Assembly: GCA_000166095.1 (NCBI GenBank)
Contig: CP002278.1
Coordinates: 1,020,001 to 1,052,000 of the forward strand
DNA: 32,000 bases
DNA from: Methanothermus fervidus DSM 2088
GTDB lineage: Archaea > Methanobacteriota > Methanobacteria > DSM-2088 > Methanothermaceae
Reading direction: 5' to 3'
This document shows positions 17,497 to 27,208 of the stretch, one piece after another. The stretch's first letter is position 1. Each line of letters opens with the position of its first letter. The notes under the pieces are model-generated. The model was not told the DNA's origin. It did not search any database and saw only the letters and a program-made list of their open reading frames with translations. The translations under genes were made by a program, and so were the position numbers.

Positions 17497-17902
17497 AATT
17501 ACGAAAATGATAATATTAGGGCCAGATGCTAGATTTAACCCCCAAGAACTTGTGCGTAGGATACATATGTTAGGATTACCCATTACAATTAAAGAAACTT
17601 GTTATGGTGCTTTAATTCATGGAGAAAAAGAATACATAAAAAAGGCTGAAAAAGAAATCAGGAAATTCGATATATACAACATTTTTATTAAAGAAAGAGG
17701 ATTTCCACCAGGAGATCCAAGAAGATGCAGAGCTCACAGGGGAGGAGCTAGAGAAGGTTACCACCAACTTGAAAAAGAGTTTAGAGCATTAAAATACGTA
17801 AGTGAAGCTCTGAAACACCCACGCAAAGTTAGTTTAGAAGAACCTAAAAAGTTGCCAGTAGAAGTTTTTCGCGATATAGTTAAAAAAATGGTGGAAAAAT
17901 GA
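17462..17902 (+). CDS. mmp6: Methanogenesis marker protein 6
   Basis: [39 protein letters not shown]; [26 protein letters not shown]. Start uncertain (17462, 17477 or 17507). Confidence 0.75.
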   Translation: METLYMSKKENKITKMIILGPDARFNPQELVRRIHMLGLPITIKETCYGALIHGEKEYIKKAEKEIRKFDIYNIFIKERGFPPGDPRRCRAHRGGAREGYHQLEKEFRALKYVSEALKHPRKVSLEEPKKLPVEVFRDIVKKMVEK

Positions 17903-18249
17903 AAATAACTAATTCATCTGATGCAGAAGAATTAGAAAATTTAGCTTTAGCAATTCATGAACTGGTAAATAGATTACCATTAACAATGAGAAGCAAAGAA
18001 AAAAGAGGCCTGCGAATTGAAAATGGGAAGGTAATAGATTACAACTATACAGGACCTGTGTTGGAAAAAGTACTAAAAACCGGTAAAATATGTAAAGAAA
18101 CACCAAATGAGGGTCCATATAAAGGTATACCTGTTGTTGTAGTTCCTCTAAAAGAAAACGGAGAAGTCATTGCAGCAATTGGAGTAGTTGACATAACTAA
18201 AGGCGTTTATAGTGACGTAGTTGAGATATCCCGCCGTCCTAAACTTTAG
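17899..18249 (+). CDS. DUF2111-like methanogen protein
   Basis: [49 protein letters not shown]...; 4-bp ATGA overlap with the preceding stop. Confidence 0.65.
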   Translation: MKITNSSDAEELENLALAIHELVNRLPLTMRSKEKRGLRIENGKVIDYNYTGPVLEKVLKTGKICKETPNEGPYKGIPVVVVPLKENGEVIAAIGVVDITKGVYSDVVEISRRPKL

Positions 18250-18260
18250 GAGGAAAAATA

Positions 18261-18707
18261 ATGAAAGTTTTAATTTTTCCACCAAATTCACTTATACTGG
18301 CAGATCTAGTTGAAAGAAAAGGCCATGAACCATTAATTTTACAAAAAGAAATAAGACATAAAGTTACGGATCCAGAAATAGATTCTCCTCCCCTAAATAT
18401 TAGACCGGAGGATGCATTGAAAGGTTTAAAATATGCAGCTATAGAAGTTCCATCAGGTGTTAGAGGTAGAATGTCTATTTTAGGACCACTGATAGAAAAA
18501 GCTGAGGCAGCTATTATTATGGAAGAAGCACCATTTGCCTTTGGTTGTGTAGGATGTGCAAGAACTAATGAACTCTGCATTCACCTCATTAAGAAAAAAG
18601 GAGTGCCTATCTTAGAAGTAAAATATCCTGAAACTAAAGAAGAAGCAATAGATGTAGTAAACAAAATAAATACATTTTTAGACAAATTGGAGGCCAAAAA
18701 TGGTTAA
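18261..18707 (+). CDS. mmp5: Methanogenesis marker protein 5
   Basis: [35 protein letters not shown]...[17 protein letters not shown]; position between mmp6/DUF2111 and mmp15. Confidence 0.75.
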   Translation: MKVLIFPPNSLILADLVERKGHEPLILQKEIRHKVTDPEIDSPPLNIRPEDALKGLKYAAIEVPSGVRGRMSILGPLIEKAEAAIIMEEAPFAFGCVGCARTNELCIHLIKKKGVPILEVKYPETKEEAIDVVNKINTFLDKLEAKNG

Positions 18708-19926
18708 AATAGCCCAAATATCTTGTGGTACAGAGTATAGTGGTATTCAAAAAGAAATTGAAAGAGCGGCTGAAACTTTTGGAGCTGAGATAGTAATTCC
18801 CGAAACAGATTTAGACTATATAAATGATGCATACGAAAGATTTGGATTTAAATGTGCCAGTTCATCATTAAAATTAATGATAGCTAGAGCAATGTCTGTT
18901 GTTGAGGGTAAAACAAAAGCAGACGCTGTATTCATAGCCACATGTTTTAGATGTGCAGAAGGGGCTATTGTAAGAAATGAAATAAGAAAATTTATACAAG
19001 AAAACACGAATTTACCAGTTGTAACATATTCATTTACGGAAAGAACAAAAGCAGAAGAGCTATTTATAAGAATGGAAGCATTGTCAACAGTAGTTTCCAG
19101 AAAAAGCCTACTTGCAAGAGAAAAACAAGAAGGAATCACTTTAGGCATCGATTCTGGTTCAACAACAACTAAAGCTGTTGTAATGGAAGATAATGAGGTC
19201 ATAGGTACTGGTTGGGTTCCAACAACCGATGTTATAGAATCAGCTGAAAAAGCTGTAGATATGGCATTAAAAGATGCTGGATATACAATGAAAAAAATAG
19301 AAGGAATCGGAGTCACTGGTTATGGAAGGTTAACACTTGGAAAGCATTTTAATGCTGACTTAGTACAGGAAGAGTTAAGTGTAAACTCAAAAGGTGCCGT
19401 GTTTTTAGCAGATAGACAGAGAGGTGAAGCTACAGTAATAGACATTGGTGGAATGGATAATAAAGTTATAACTGTAAATAATGGAATTCCTGACAATTTT
19501 ACTATGGGAGGAATATGTGCAGGAGCTTCAGGAAGATTTCTTGAAATTACAGCACGAAGATTGGGAGTTGATATTGAAGATCTTGGAGATTTAGCTGTTA
19601 AAGGTAACTACCGGAATGTTCCTATGGATAGTTACTGTATAGTGTTTGGAATACAGGATTTAGTTACTTCTTTAGCAGCCGGAGCAAAAAAAGAAGATGT
19701 TGCTGCAGCAGCATGTCATTCAGTTGCAGAACAAGTTTATGAACAACAATTACAAGAAGTTGATATCAGAGAACCAATTATAGAGGTGGGTGGTACATCC
19801 TTAATTAAAGGATTAGTAGAGGCTGTAAGTGATATTCTTGGTGGTGCAGAGGTAATAGTACCTAATTATTCACAATATATAGGGGCTGTAGGTTCAGCAT
19901 TGTTAGTTTCAGGAATTATTAAATAA
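18700..19926 (+). CDS. mmp15: Methanogenesis marker protein 15 (ASKHA / BCR-HgdC activase-like ATPase)
   Basis: [32 protein letters not shown]; [19 protein letters not shown]; [41 protein letters not shown]. Confidence 0.85.
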   Translation: MVKIAQISCGTEYSGIQKEIERAAETFGAEIVIPETDLDYINDAYERFGFKCASSSLKLMIARAMSVVEGKTKADAVFIATCFRCAEGAIVRNEIRKFIQENTNLPVVTYSFTERTKAEELFIRMEALSTVVSRKSLLAREKQEGITLGIDSGSTTTKAVVMEDNEVIGTGWVPTTDVIESAEKAVDMALKDAGYTMKKIEGIGVTGYGRLTLGKHFNADLVQEELSVNSKGAVFLADRQRGEATVIDIGGMDNKVITVNNGIPDNFTMGGICAGASGRFLEITARRLGVDIEDLGDLAVKGNYRNVPMDSYCIVFGIQDLVTSLAAGAKKEDVAAAACHSVAEQVYEQQLQEVDIREPIIEVGGTSLIKGLVEAVSDILGGAEVIVPNYSQYIGAVGSALLVSGIIK

Positions 19927-20820
19927 TTATTTCAAAACATCATACAACCTTAATTTATACTCTCCTAATTTTCCACCATAATTTCCTGCAGAAATTCTTA
20001 AGACACCATCAACAGTAGTTGCAGCTTCTATGCCAACTTTCATTGCTTCCTTAATTTTATCTTCTTTCAATCCATTTATAACAATTTCAGGGATATATTT
20101 AACACCTTCAGGCACCTTAGAATCTTTTCCAAGTCTAGATTTTAATGATGGACAATAAGGATGATTTGTTGTTGGTCCTATCCAAGGATAATTTGTTTCT
20201 GGTTTTGACGCAGCTGAACATACATCAAAAGGTGTAATAACATAATCTATTTTATTTATAGCCTTTATAATTTTTTCACCTGCTTCTAAAACAGCTTCTT
20301 TGGTTTCACACATATACCAAAAATTTGCACCCATTATTCCTTTTTGATAACCAATTTTCCTCTCAATTTTGAAGTCAGGCACTGTAATCGGTACAACAAT
20401 CATTTTTCTTCCATATAACTCTTCTTCCCATTCATATCCATCTCCACAATGTCCAACATATTTCATAGTGTCGATATGTCCATCAGCATCTAATTCTAAA
20501 TTAAATAATGTTGTGAATGGTTTAACTAAAATATCTTGTCTAATCCTATATGATAACTCTACTTCAAATTTTTTTAAATCTTTTTTTCCAAACCAAAATT
20601 GTAAAATGGCACCAGGTCTTCCATCAGGAGTCTTAGACTTATCTACAAATTTTTCAACTCCTCCTTCGATTCTTCCTATTACAGCTCCAGGCGTTGATGT
20701 TGCATCATAAGCTGCTTTCTTTAAAGTATTTTTATCTTCTGCTGTAATCAATACCCTAGCACAAACTCCATAAAAAGCCTCACAAAAAGTATCTTCAATA
20801 AAAACATCGTTGATATACAC
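19927..20820 (-). CDS. Formylmethanofuran:tetrahydromethanopterin formyltransferase-like protein (divergent, Ftr-II type)
   Basis: [72 protein letters not shown] match Ftr; canonical CPAEAG-type segment replaced by GRIEGGVE. Confidence 0.8.
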   Translation of the reverse strand: MYINDVFIEDTFCEAFYGVCARVLITAEDKNTLKKAAYDATSTPGAVIGRIEGGVEKFVDKSKTPDGRPGAILQFWFGKKDLKKFEVELSYRIRQDILVKPFTTLFNLELDADGHIDTMKYVGHCGDGYEWEEELYGRKMIVVPITVPDFKIERKIGYQKGIMGANFWYMCETKEAVLEAGEKIIKAINKIDYVITPFDVCSAASKPETNYPWIGPTTNHPYCPSLKSRLGKDSKVPEGVKYIPEIVINGLKEDKIKEAMKVGIEAATTVDGVLRISAGNYGGKLGEYKLRLYDVLK

Positions 20821-21824
20821 TAACCCAGACCTCCTATTTTCTCTCCTCTAATGTTTTTTCTCATCTCTAAACTTCTTTCAGATATTTTGTCAATGTCTAC
20901 CATCTCAGGTAAGACAATCGTTGGTTTTGTTTTAAGCATATTTTTAAATTCAGGACAATATTTTTGTATAGCATTTTCAGGATCTTTACAATAATATTTT
21001 ACAAATTCAAAAACTTCTTCTCTGCTACACATTGAATGTAATTTTGATAAAACTATTAATGGATCAGTTGTTGGAGAAATTACCACTATATTTGCTTCTT
21101 TAACTGCAAATTCATTGCCATTAAAAGAAATTGCCAATCCTTCACTTCTTAAAAACCTAAAAACTTCAATGTCTGTTATGCTATCGCCTATATATAGCGT
21201 TTCCTCCTTTTTTGAATTGTTTTTCCTTATAATTTCTTTTGTAATTTCTTTCTTTTTTTTACTACCTATAATTTCAACATCGTTAAAAATTTTACCTATC
21301 TCCATCTTTGGAATCTCTTCAAAAAATATTTTGTCTAGTGTTTCAATGTCAGGGTTTGAAAGGATGATTTTTCTAAATTCAATAATTTTCTTTTTTTCTT
21401 CAGGAGGTAAATTATATTTATCTAACTGTAATTTTGTACTATAAGTGTTGTCAAAAGGAAAGTTAACTAAATCACACAGCGCCTTTATATAATGTTCATA
21501 GCTTGTACTAACAATAAATGAGTTCATTAAGGATGAAACATGCTTCAACATATGCTTTGCATTAGGTACCAAATTTATATTATCTTTAGAATACTTAATC
21601 ATGGATTCATCAGTGGCCCCATATGCCTTTAAAAAAGGCAATATTAATTTGAGTGTGTTTCCAGCTTGGTATCCTGGTCTTTTAATTTCTTCTGCTAAAA
21701 TATCGTCATATTTACTTACTATTTCGAAGAATTTATCCCCCTCTGGTATAAAATATGAAGATAATTCAAATGCATTGTCATTGAGTGTTATAGGTCCTTC
21801 ACAATCACTTATAAAAAGTTTCAT
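20820..21824 (-). CDS. HAD-superfamily protein, EhaR-like (energy-converting hydrogenase A operon-associated)
   Basis: [29 protein letters not shown]; [41 protein letters not shown] (HAD motif); neighbours Ftr-like and PfkB genes. Confidence 0.65.
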   Translation of the reverse strand: MKLFISDCEGPITLNDNAFELSSYFIPEGDKFFEIVSKYDDILAEEIKRPGYQAGNTLKLILPFLKAYGATDESMIKYSKDNINLVPNAKHMLKHVSSLMNSFIVSTSYEHYIKALCDLVNFPFDNTYSTKLQLDKYNLPPEEKKKIIEFRKIILSNPDIETLDKIFFEEIPKMEIGKIFNDVEIIGSKKKKEITKEIIRKNNSKKEETLYIGDSITDIEVFRFLRSEGLAISFNGNEFAVKEANIVVISPTTDPLIVLSKLHSMCSREEVFEFVKYYCKDPENAIQKYCPEFKNMLKTKPTIVLPEMVDIDKISERSLEMRKNIRGEKIGGLG

Positions 21825-22743
21825 TTTTTACCCGCTCCTCATATTTCTTAAATCCATTTAAATTCCTTGGAATTCCATCTGTAGCTCCAAATTTTTTTAT
21901 ACAACATGAAGCTACATAATTACCAAGCATACAAGATTTCCTTAAACTATAATTATTTAAATAACCATATAAAAATCCTGCATTAAATGCGTCGCCAGCG
22001 CCTGTGGTATCTACACATTTAACTTTTAAAGTCGGCACAAATAACTCTAAATTTTTAGTTCTTAAATATACACTATTTTTACCCCTCTTAACAACTATTA
22101 TGTCCACATAATCTAATAGAGAATTAGCTGCTCTTTTATAATCTTCCTCGTCACACAATATTCTTATTTCTTTCTCATTGATCAATAGTATGTTTGTTTT
22201 CTCCAAAAATTCTCTTAATGCCTTTTCACCCATTCTCACATATAACATTCCTGGATCAAAACTTACTGTTGTTCTTGAATCTATTTTATTTAATATTGAT
22301 TTTTGAGTTTTAAATGAAATTTTTCCAACAAATGACGTCAAATGTAAAATTTTAGTTGAAAAACAAATTTTCTCTATTTCATCAATTGTAATGGTGTCAT
22401 TAACGCCTGGATCAACATATATAGCCCTATTTCCACTTCTATCTACAAAAACAAAAACTTTTCCACTTCTACCATCTGAAGAAGTTATTAAACACCTAGT
22501 ATCAACGCCCTCATCAAGTAATCTATTTTTTATGAATTTACCTTCTTCATCCTTAGCAATTTTACCTATGTATGCGCATTTAACACCTAACCTACTCAAT
22601 CCGATTATAGTGTTTGCTGCAGAGCCACCAATATATCTTTTTTGACTTCTTATGGATGTTTCTTCATCAACTCCAGCTATTTCATCAACTAAATATATAT
22701 TATCAACATTAAGAGCTCCAAAACCAACTACATCATATTTCAT
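21805..22743 (-). CDS. PfkB-family carbohydrate/nucleoside kinase
   Basis: YIGGSAANTIIGLSRLG, and C-terminal VKCVDTTGAGDAFNAGFLYGYL signature. Confidence 0.9.
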   Translation of the reverse strand: MKYDVVGFGALNVDNIYLVDEIAGVDEETSIRSQKRYIGGSAANTIIGLSRLGVKCAYIGKIAKDEEGKFIKNRLLDEGVDTRCLITSSDGRSGKVFVFVDRSGNRAIYVDPGVNDTITIDEIEKICFSTKILHLTSFVGKISFKTQKSILNKIDSRTTVSFDPGMLYVRMGEKALREFLEKTNILLINEKEIRILCDEEDYKRAANSLLDYVDIIVVKRGKNSVYLRTKNLELFVPTLKVKCVDTTGAGDAFNAGFLYGYLNNYSLRKSCMLGNYVASCCIKKFGATDGIPRNLNGFKKYEERVKNETFYK

Positions 22744-22751
22744 GCTCCCAA

Positions 22752-23036
22752 CTATTCAAGTTTTGAAAATAAACGCCATATATCTGGATATTTATCTTTA
22801 ATGGCCTTTTCTATCAAAGTTGAAGCTTCTTTACTTATACTAAACCCTGGTTTTGTCTTTTTCAAATATCTTAAAACTGCAGCTGCCCTCATAGACCACA
22901 ATGTTATTCTGGGATTATTTTTAACTTCTCTTATAACTTCTTCAACCTTTTTATCTTTTAACATTGTTCCAAGGCTTTCATCCTCTGTTTTTATCAATGC
23001 ATCAAGGCCCTTTCCAAGGCTTTTATTTCTTTTCAT
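22752..23036 (-). CDS. 94-aa putative ParA partner with ParB-like N-terminal motif; possible ribbon-helix-helix C-terminus
   Basis: MKRNKSLGKGLDALIKTEDE resembles the ParB/Spo0J N-terminal ParA-activating segment; remainder lacks ParB/sulfiredoxin and HTH domains; start overlaps the parA stop by 14 nt. Confidence 0.6.
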   Translation of the reverse strand: MKRNKSLGKGLDALIKTEDESLGTMLKDKKVEEVIREVKNNPRITLWSMRAAAVLRYLKKTKPGFSISKEASTLIEKAIKDKYPDIWRLFSKLE

Positions 23037-23808
23037 TATCTTCCTCCAATTTAATCAACTCTTTTGCTAACTTAAAGTATGCTTTAGAACCATTACAATC
23101 TTTATCATAAATTATGCATGGCATCCCGTGACTTGGAGCTTCTGCTAAACGTATATTTCGTGGTATTGTTGTCTTAAAAATATATTCTTTTGAAGAAAAG
23201 AAATTTTTAACTTCTTGATAAACTTCCCTGGCTAGACGTGTTCTTCTATCATATAATGTCAACAATATACCTTTTATTGGGCACGGACTATTTAAACGAT
23301 TCTCAACTAACTTAATAGTTCTTAATAGATCAGCTATTCCTTCTAATGCATAATATTCCGTCTGTATTGGTATTATAACACTATCACATGCAACCAATGC
23401 ATTCAATGTCAATATTCCCAAAGATGGGGGCGTGTCAATAAATATATAATCATAATCATTCTTTATTGGATCTATCGCTTCTTTAAGCACTGCATGAGAT
23501 CCTATTTGGCTAATAAGTTCTACTTCTGCCCCACTGAGGTCAAGATTACTTGGAATAATATAAAGATTAGGAATGGATGTTTTCCTAATGACCTCCTCTG
23601 CTTTTGCTTCTCCACAAATAATTGAATATACACTACTATCTAACTTAAATTTATTTATTCCAAAACCTGTTGTTGCATTTGCTTGTGGATCCATATCTAT
23701 TACAAGAATTTTCTTGTTTAAAGATGCAAGTGCAGCCGATAAATTCACTGCCGTTGTAGTCTTACCACAACCGCCTTTTTGATTTGTTATTGATATTATT
23801 TCACCCAT
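23023..23808 (-). CDS. parA: ParA/Soj-family ATPase
   Basis: MGEIISITNQKGGCGKTTTAVNLSAALA (deviant Walker A), VIDMDPQANATTGFG, YIFIDTPPSLG, IPRNIRLAEAPSHG. Confidence 0.92.
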   Translation of the reverse strand: MGEIISITNQKGGCGKTTTAVNLSAALASLNKKILVIDMDPQANATTGFGINKFKLDSSVYSIICGEAKAEEVIRKTSIPNLYIIPSNLDLSGAEVELISQIGSHAVLKEAIDPIKNDYDYIFIDTPPSLGILTLNALVACDSVIIPIQTEYYALEGIADLLRTIKLVENRLNSPCPIKGILLTLYDRRTRLAREVYQEVKNFFSSKEYIFKTTIPRNIRLAEAPSHGMPCIIYDKDCNGSKAYFKLAKELIKLEEDNEKK

Positions 23809-23822
23809 TAAGATCCTCCAAA

Positions 23823-25391
23823 TTAATTAATCATGCCTCTTTCAATCTTAATGTTTATTGGATCTAATGGTTTATTAACATCTACTCCTTTTTCGTTAGC
23901 CCATTTTTCTATTCCCTTCAGAAGAAATCTTAAACCTAATTTTATCAAAGGAGAAATCAATGTAGCTAACAAACCTTTTTTTACCATTTTAAATCCTCGT
24001 CTAAATTCCCAAAGAATCTGTTTCCAGGCATGGTAAATATGTAATAACTCTCCCTTTGTTAATTCCTCATTGATGTTAAAAAACTCTTTATCTTTTAAAT
24101 ATCCCATTGGTACAAAAGAAAGCGGTACAACTACAAAATGTGCCTTTTTACCCAATTTCTCTCTCAATACCTTTCTCATCGTAATTATCAGTCTTGCTGT
24201 ATAAATTTCATCCTCCTCTGTTGCACCAGGCAAGCCCACAATACTTGTATAAGCAGGGAACCAAAAATATTTATTGAGAAGGTAGGTACCATTTAACAAT
24301 ACTTGTGGCCATTCATCAACATTGAATGGTTTTGCTTTATTACTTGCAATTTTCTTTAATAAAGATGGTGAGGCAGTTTCAAATCCTATTTGGACACCTA
24401 CCCATCTATTTGGGCCAGCATTATTTAATTTTGCTATCTCTTTTATAATTCTAGGTGCAGCTAATGCACTAGCAATATTTGCATGAGTAGGATTTGCATA
24501 ATTTACAATTTTAAGAACTTCCTTAAATAAGTTGATTACAGCTTCTTCATTTGGATTATATTCCTTTTTATCTTCTAGCATGTAACTAAATATATCCTCA
24601 CTATGGAGCCATGCGTTGTTTTGTCCAGCACTTTTATTTACTTTAATCTCTCTAATAATCTTCTTAATTGGATAGTATCTTACTTTCCTAATATTAGGAT
24701 CACAAAATTTACATCCGCGACCACAACCTCTCATAACTTCTACCATTCCTTTATATGATGGGCCTACAATAGTTGGTATTTCATTTGCAGATGGTTGGTC
24801 CCTAATGAGAATTATCTCATCAGCTTTCTCAACCTCAATATCTTTAAATATTTCAGCAATTTTATGTTCTGTTTCACCAATTATTAAATGATCAATTTTT
24901 AATTTTTTCATTTCATATTCTTTGGCTTTTAATTGCCAAGCCCCAGAACCTCCAACTACAATTTTAAAATCTAAATTTTTTCTTTCCCTATAACTATTTA
25001 TTCTATCAACAAGCGATGTAAACTTTATTTTTGTATAAGATGGAAATCTTCCACCCTCAGTAAACATCATTGTAAGTGGTCCTAAACCCAATGGATCCAT
25101 AGCTGTAACAGCCACTATCTTTGTATTTTCATCAATAAATTTTTCTACATATTTAGGATGAACGACTGCTACTTCGTCTCTTCTATACTTTTTAAGTAAT
25201 GCTGCTTCTACCTTACGTAAAGAATATGGTGCAAAAATTAGTCTGCCATTTTTATGTGGGACTTGAGTATCTATAATTCTATAAAGTATTGGAGGTATTC
25301 TTTGTGGAGGTACACATCCTAGAAAATCCGAAAGTGGTAAATTTCTATAAGTTGATGTTAATGTTTCGTCAGCAGTTAAAACAATTTTCAA
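23823..25391 (-). CDS. B12-binding-domain-type radical SAM protein
   Basis: 522 aa; MRGCGRGCKFCDP (CxxxCxxC); N-terminal MKIVLTADETLTSTYRNLPLSDFLGC and VVGGSGAWQLKA cobalamin-domain-like region; probable TTG start. Confidence 0.75.
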   Translation of the reverse strand: MKIVLTADETLTSTYRNLPLSDFLGCVPPQRIPPILYRIIDTQVPHKNGRLIFAPYSLRKVEAALLKKYRRDEVAVVHPKYVEKFIDENTKIVAVTAMDPLGLGPLTMMFTEGGRFPSYTKIKFTSLVDRINSYRERKNLDFKIVVGGSGAWQLKAKEYEMKKLKIDHLIIGETEHKIAEIFKDIEVEKADEIILIRDQPSANEIPTIVGPSYKGMVEVMRGCGRGCKFCDPNIRKVRYYPIKKIIREIKVNKSAGQNNAWLHSEDIFSYMLEDKKEYNPNEEAVINLFKEVLKIVNYANPTHANIASALAAPRIIKEIAKLNNAGPNRWVGVQIGFETASPSLLKKIASNKAKPFNVDEWPQVLLNGTYLLNKYFWFPAYTSIVGLPGATEEDEIYTARLIITMRKVLREKLGKKAHFVVVPLSFVPMGYLKDKEFFNINEELTKGELLHIYHAWKQILWEFRRGFKMVKKGLLATLISPLIKLGLRFLLKGIEKWANEKGVDVNKPLDPINIKIERGMIN

Positions 25392-25491
25392 TATTTATTC
25401 CCTCTTTTTCATTATTAAATTCAACAATAATTTATGTTTTAAGAAAAAATAAAATTTTTCAAACTTAACTTTAAGAATTAAGGGGATAGCC

Positions 25492-26799
25492 ATGACTAAA
25501 GTAGAGAAGATATTTTTAATAATTGCATTAATTTATGGAATACTTTTTTCATTTTTGGTGCCGCCATTTCAAGTACCTGATGAGAAATGGCATTTCTATA
25601 AGGCTTTTTCTATTAGTGAAGGACATATATTTCCAACAAAATATGTTGTCGTTCCAAAAAATGTTAAAGTTGTTGTAGATACATTCAATTCTGTTAAAGA
25701 CGTCCAAAAGAAAATTTATGAAAGTTTAAATTTACCAATAACACAAAATAAAGTCGCTGTAGATATATCAAATGTTTCTATTTATCCACCTATTCCATAT
25801 TTGTTTTCCTCTCTGATTTTTATGGCGTTAAAATCATTTTCACCCTTAATTTTAATGTATATAGCAAGACTTGTAAATTTAATTGTCTGGATAACCCTTC
25901 TATATTTTGCAATAAAAATTACACCCATACATAAAAGATTATTTTTAGCATTGTCATTAATGCCTATGACAATTCATCAAGCTGCATCACTGTCTCCAGA
26001 TAGTTTTACAATTGGTATTTCGTTTCTTGCTATTGCAGTTATATACAATTATGTATTTGGGGAAGAAAAAATAAAAAGAAGAGATTTTGCTTTAATTTTA
26101 ATTTTAATGTTAATTCTCGCATTCTCTAAGCCAGGTTATGCACTTTTATCATTGATTTTTTTGATGATACCTAGTGATAAGTTTCCAAAGAGAACCAAAA
26201 TTTTAGACTTCATAGTAATAATTTTTGTTGTATTTTCACTTCTCGTAGTCTGGTGTATTTCATTCAAAGGATATTATACTCCAAGTGAAGATCCAGCAGT
26301 TCGGCCTAACTTACAATTTAATTATGTTGTCACACATCCACTAGAATTTATAAAAATCCTTGGAAACACAATATCAACAAAATTAAATTTATATTTAATA
26401 ATGTTTGTTGGGTGTTTTGGACATCTAAACGTTTATTTACCTGAATTTCTTGTTTATGCATACCTCTTCATGTTATTTTTTATTTCACTTAGTGACAATG
26501 CTAAATTTGAAATACATAATAAACAAAAACTAATAGCATTTTTTACTTTCTTATTGCTTTCATTTCTCATATTTTTATTTGAGTATCTAACTTGGACACC
26601 TGTGGGGTATAATACAATACTAGGAGTTCAAGGAAGGTACTTTATACCTATTTCTCCTTTATTCTTCATGATTTTCCATAATAAAACTGTCAAAAAGCTA
26701 AAAATTAAAACTAATCGTGCTTTAACAATATTAATATTGTTTATTCTCTTTTGTCTTTCCTTCAGCGTTTTTAAACTTTTGGAATATTACTGGTTGTGA
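25492..26799 (+). CDS. DUF2142-like polytopic membrane protein (putative GT-C glycosyltransferase)
   Basis: FSFLVPPFQVPDEKWHFYKAFSISEGHIFP; LSLMPMTIHQAASLSPDSFTIGISFLAIAV; FFEYLTWTPVGYNTILGVQGRYFIPISPLFF motifs. Confidence 0.75.
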   Translation: MTKVEKIFLIIALIYGILFSFLVPPFQVPDEKWHFYKAFSISEGHIFPTKYVVVPKNVKVVVDTFNSVKDVQKKIYESLNLPITQNKVAVDISNVSIYPPIPYLFSSLIFMALKSFSPLILMYIARLVNLIVWITLLYFAIKITPIHKRLFLALSLMPMTIHQAASLSPDSFTIGISFLAIAVIYNYVFGEEKIKRRDFALILILMLILAFSKPGYALLSLIFLMIPSDKFPKRTKILDFIVIIFVVFSLLVVWCISFKGYYTPSEDPAVRPNLQFNYVVTHPLEFIKILGNTISTKLNLYLIMFVGCFGHLNVYLPEFLVYAYLFMLFFISLSDNAKFEIHNKQKLIAFFTFLLLSFLIFLFEYLTWTPVGYNTILGVQGRYFIPISPLFFMIFHNKTVKKLKIKTNRALTILILFILFCLSFSVFKLLEYYWL

Positions 26800-27061
26800 A
26801 CACTTCTATGGAACCTCTAGTAGAGTATTATCCTAAACAGCTACTTCAACAGTATTCACATGCTAATATATAATTCCCAACTTATTTTCCATAGCTTAGA
26901 CTCTTGAATTTACTTCCTAAATCAGTTATTATAGGCAAAGAATTTGCTAAGATATCAACATTTTGGCAAATCATGATTTTACTATAAAATACTTTTCAGT
27001 TCTCATCTTCACGCTTTGTATGGAGACTTCTTGCCGATAGAGTTTAAAATTAAAAATAATA

Positions 27062-27080
27062 ATCTTTATATATTAGATTT
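27062..27080 (+). promoter_or_regulatory. Archaeal TATA-type promoter for the glutamate synthase operon
   Basis: ATCTTTATATATTAG, A/T box about 135 nt upstream of the first CDS, downstream of an otherwise empty intergenic region. Confidence 0.45.
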
Positions 27081-27088
27081 ATTTAACA

Positions 27089-27105
27089 TTGTTTTAACAA
27101 AACAA
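27089..27105 (+). promoter_or_regulatory. 7-bp perfect dyad near the predicted TSS of the glutamate synthase operon
   Basis: TTGTTTT-AAC-AAAACAA located about 20-35 nt after the TATA box. Confidence 0.4.
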
Positions 27106-27208
27106 CTATAATAAAATTTTTTTTGAACAATGTATATCATGGATAACAAATTTTAATAATCAAAAAAGTAATTTTTTTAATGTTAATTTTTTTAAGGAGG
27201 TACTTAGA

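Noticed and set aside
18816-19316. 166-aa ORF on minus strand
   Set aside because: Fully antisense to mmp15, low-complexity Ser/Thr/Ile-rich translation typical of a shadow ORF, no SD or family motif.
26800-27050. Possible decayed transposase or small RNA gene
   Set aside because: Frames contain several stops, no recognisable transposase motif, terminal inverted repeats or target duplication; kept only as part of the intergenic observation.
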